Source: an uncultured Acidobacteriota bacterium
Lineage (GTDB): Bacteria > Acidobacteriota > UBA6911
NCBI GenBank assembly: GCA_963827655.1
Contig: CAWHCF010000052.1
Span: 64,001-128,000 of the forward strand
Length of the DNA: 64,000 bases
Reading direction: 5' to 3'
Of the stretch, positions 61,500 through 64,000 are shown in pieces (position 1 is the first letter of the stretch; the number at the start of each line of letters is the position of its first letter). Below the pieces are notes generated by a model that saw nothing but the letters and a program-made list of their open reading frames with translations, did no database searches and was not told the origin of the DNA. The position numbers and the translations under genes were made by a program.

Positions 61500-63591
61500 A
61501 TGTCCCGCGCAGAAGAACCTTTGATGACGCTTGCCACCTTCCTAGTCCTGACTCTGTCCCTGGTCCTGGCTGCACCTTCGGCTGAAGCCCAGGACATGAA
61601 AAATTTTAGCCGGATCGTCCGGCTCTCGTACGTCGAGGGGCACGTCAGTTTCCAGCATTCGAGCGACGTCGACTGGACCGCAGCCAGCGTTAATCTGGCC
61701 CTCCAGGCGGGGGATCGAATCTACACGGGAGAAGATGGCAGGGCAGAGATTGAGTTCGACGATGGGTCGGTCTTGAGGTTGGCTGAAAAAAGCGACGTCG
61801 AAATCCTCGCCCTGAAAGATGACTTCATCCAGTTCAGGATCTTGCTCGGACTATCTACTTTGACGGTCGGGAGCAGCCTAGGTTTTGAGATTAACACGCC
61901 CGCGGCTGCTTTCAACACCCTCCGAAAAGGCGTCTACCGGTTTGACGTCCACGAAAATGGGGATAGCGACGGGATCGTTCGCAAGGGTCTCATGGAAGCG
62001 GCAAACAACAGCTTCACTGAGCGCCTGGATTCGGGTGAACTGGTCCACGTGAGCCCCGGCGATCAGGACACGCACGTCCTGTCGCGCTACACCGATAGGG
62101 ATGCCTGGGATGAATGGACCGACCGCCGAATTGCCGACGCGGTGGCCTATGACAGCAGAAAGTACGTTCCAGATTATGTTCATCCAGGCGTTCGCGAGCT
62201 CGACCGACATGGGCGCTGGACTGTGATTGACGAGTATGGTCCGGCATGGGTTCCGCAATCTGTGACCCCGGGATGGGCTCCCTACGTGGATGGGCGCTGG
62301 TGCTTTCGTCCGAATTGGGGATGGACCTGGGTATCATACGAACCCTGGGGTTGGCTCCCCTATCACTATGGCCGCTGGTTCCACAGTGTCAGCTCGGGTT
62401 GGTGCTGGATCCCCGGCCCTTCTTTCGGGTTCCACTTCTGGTCTCCAGGCCTGGTGCGTTTTTATCAGGGACCGACATCGGTCTCGTGGTGTCCGCTCGG
62501 ACCTGGCGACTACTATAACGTCAATAACTTTTACTACAATCCGGCGTACCGCTATCGTCTCAACCACCTGAGGCTGGTTCAGCGGCGCGGGCCCGACGAT
62601 TTGATCAACCGCAATGTACCCGGTGCGTTCCAGACCCTCAGAACCGAACAGTTCACGAATGGAGAGCGCGGCCTCAGAACCCGAACTCTTCCGCCCGAGG
62701 GTTTCGAACGTCCCTGGCAGCAGGGCCGATTGATCGCAGGTCAACCGGAAGTGAGGCCGACCGCGCACAGTTACGCTCCAGTTCCTGAGCGCGCAGCATT
62801 TCGCCCGCCGGCAGGTGGTAGCCGGCCGGTCGTCGTGCGCACAGAGCCCCCGGCTGTAACTGGAGGGTCGAATCGGTATGTGCGCATAGTAACCGCGGCG
62901 CCGATGCCGTTCATCCGGGGTGTGGAGCGGAATGACGCAACCCAAACCGCTGGAAGCCGCCGCACGCCTTCCAGCGGTGCGCACGGACCCGAAGCTTCTG
63001 CTTCGCCGCGCACGGGCGCCGAATCTGGAAATCGGTGGCGGCGGGAGGTCCAGTATCTGGAACCGGCGCGCTCCGAATAGTCCCGACCAGAGTGAGCGAA
63101 GCGGGGGGCGCATCTACCCGGCTCAACCGGGATTTGACGGACAAGACGGGCGCAAGGGAAGAGAAATGCCCGGAACGCCCGACGTCTCCCCCCAGTTGAC
63201 GCAGCCAGGAAGACCCTCCGAATCGCGGCGGTTTCAGAGCCGCGCAAGGGAACTGCCGGGATCCCGTCCGGATTACGGCTCGGCGCAACCATCGGAAATC
63301 CCGATTCCGCAGGCTCCTCGATACGAAAGGTCCGCACCGGAGATCACGCCTCGAGATACGAATCGCGCCCGTCCCGAATCGAGGGCGCGGCAGCCCGAGC
63401 CGGGAACGCCGCGTGATTTCGGGCATTCGCGCCCGCGGGGTGGCGACGGCGGACCTTCCAGCAGGGCGGGGTCCGCCCCCGCACACATACCGCGAGGTTC
63501 CATGGGCACCATGCGTCAGAGCGCTCCTCCTCCGGCAGCGCGGGGTGAACCTCGAGGTGGCGGCGGCACTCCACGCCGCCGTGACCAGTAA
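61500..63591 (+). CDS. FecR-domain / DUF6600-like exported protein with low-complexity tail (frameshift near 63030)
   Basis: Signal peptide, RLSYVEGHV, GDRIYTGEDGRAEIEFDDGS, GWAPY..GRW, WVSYEPWGWLPYHYGRW; R/P/G/S-rich tail continues in the +1 frame. Confidence 0.8.
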
Positions 63592-63630
63592 GGACATCGA
63601 GTCTCTTGACGCCCTGGTTGTCGGCGCGGA

Positions 63631-63659
63631 TTGACTCGCCCGCAGTGAAGACCTAGAAT
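63631..63659 (+). promoter_or_regulatory. putative sigma70 promoter
   Basis: TTGACT-N17-TAGAAT, 9 nt before the ATG (near-leaderless). Confidence 0.5.
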
Positions 63660-63668
63660 CCCCAAGCC

Positions 63669-64000
63669 ATGAATGAACTGCGCAGGCTCTTACCCTACGT
63701 CCAGCCCTACCTCGGATTGTTGAGCCTCTCACTTCTACTCCTGGTGTTCGCCGGCACTTTCGAGGTTCTGGTCACGGCTCTCGCCATTCCCCTGTTTGAT
63801 GACGTACTGGGGATGGGAACAGGGAATCCGCTTCACGGCAAGTTCGCATTCGTCCACCGTTACTTGTCCCTTCTGCCGGGAGACTCCATCACTCGCTTGG
63901 CGCTCGCGCTGCTGACCCTTACTCTGCTCAAGGGAGTCTGCGTCTACTTCTCCAATTCGTCGATGAACTATGTCGGACAAAGCGTGGTGATGGAACTGCG
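63669..64000 (+). CDS. MsbA-like ABC transporter, N-terminal TM region (partial)
   Basis: MNELRRLLPYVQPY..LAIPLFDDVL..LLKGVCVYFSNSSMNYVGQSVVMELR, open to the window end. Confidence 0.8.
   Translation, partial: MNELRRLLPYVQPYLGLLSLSLLLLVFAGTFEVLVTALAIPLFDDVLGMGTGNPLHGKFAFVHRYLSLLPGDSITRLALALLTLTLLKGVCVYFSNSSMNYVGQSVVMEL

Overview
A GC-rich bacterial core-genome segment whose gene content and synteny point to Acidobacteriota (inference from the proline-rich TonB-ExbB-ExbD-ExbD-TPR cluster, the giant LptC/LptA fusion, a DUF3108-like gene in the LPS operon and the FecR/DUF6600-like gene). It carries ymdB, 6S RNA, uvrA, tgt-yajC, relA/spoT, rpmB, a Trk/Ktr pair, a thiolase, recA, RNase P RNA, an LPS core/lipid A operon, aminotransferase-serA, an argR-led arginine operon with tandem ARG boxes, leuA-leuB-pheA behind a Leu-rich leader ORF, lipA, nfeD-SPFH, lnt, prfB (programmed frameshift), lptC-lptB-rpoN-hpf-rapZ-PTS and the start of an MsbA-like transporter. 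Several housekeeping genes are split by single indels, most likely assembly errors. No intact transposase, integrase, CRISPR array, tRNA or rRNA is visible. The unusual signal is intergenic: many spacers hold hairpin elements built from inverted arrays of 6-, 7-, 8- or 9-nt tandem units. Two inverted copies of the 6-nt type bracket the aminotransferase gene and carry complementary halves of a four-helix-bundle (23S rRNA IVP/Avd-like) gene. Other copies supply the stop codons and C-terminal tails of host genes or sit at gene truncations. There are also two MITE-like families with terminal inverted repeats.
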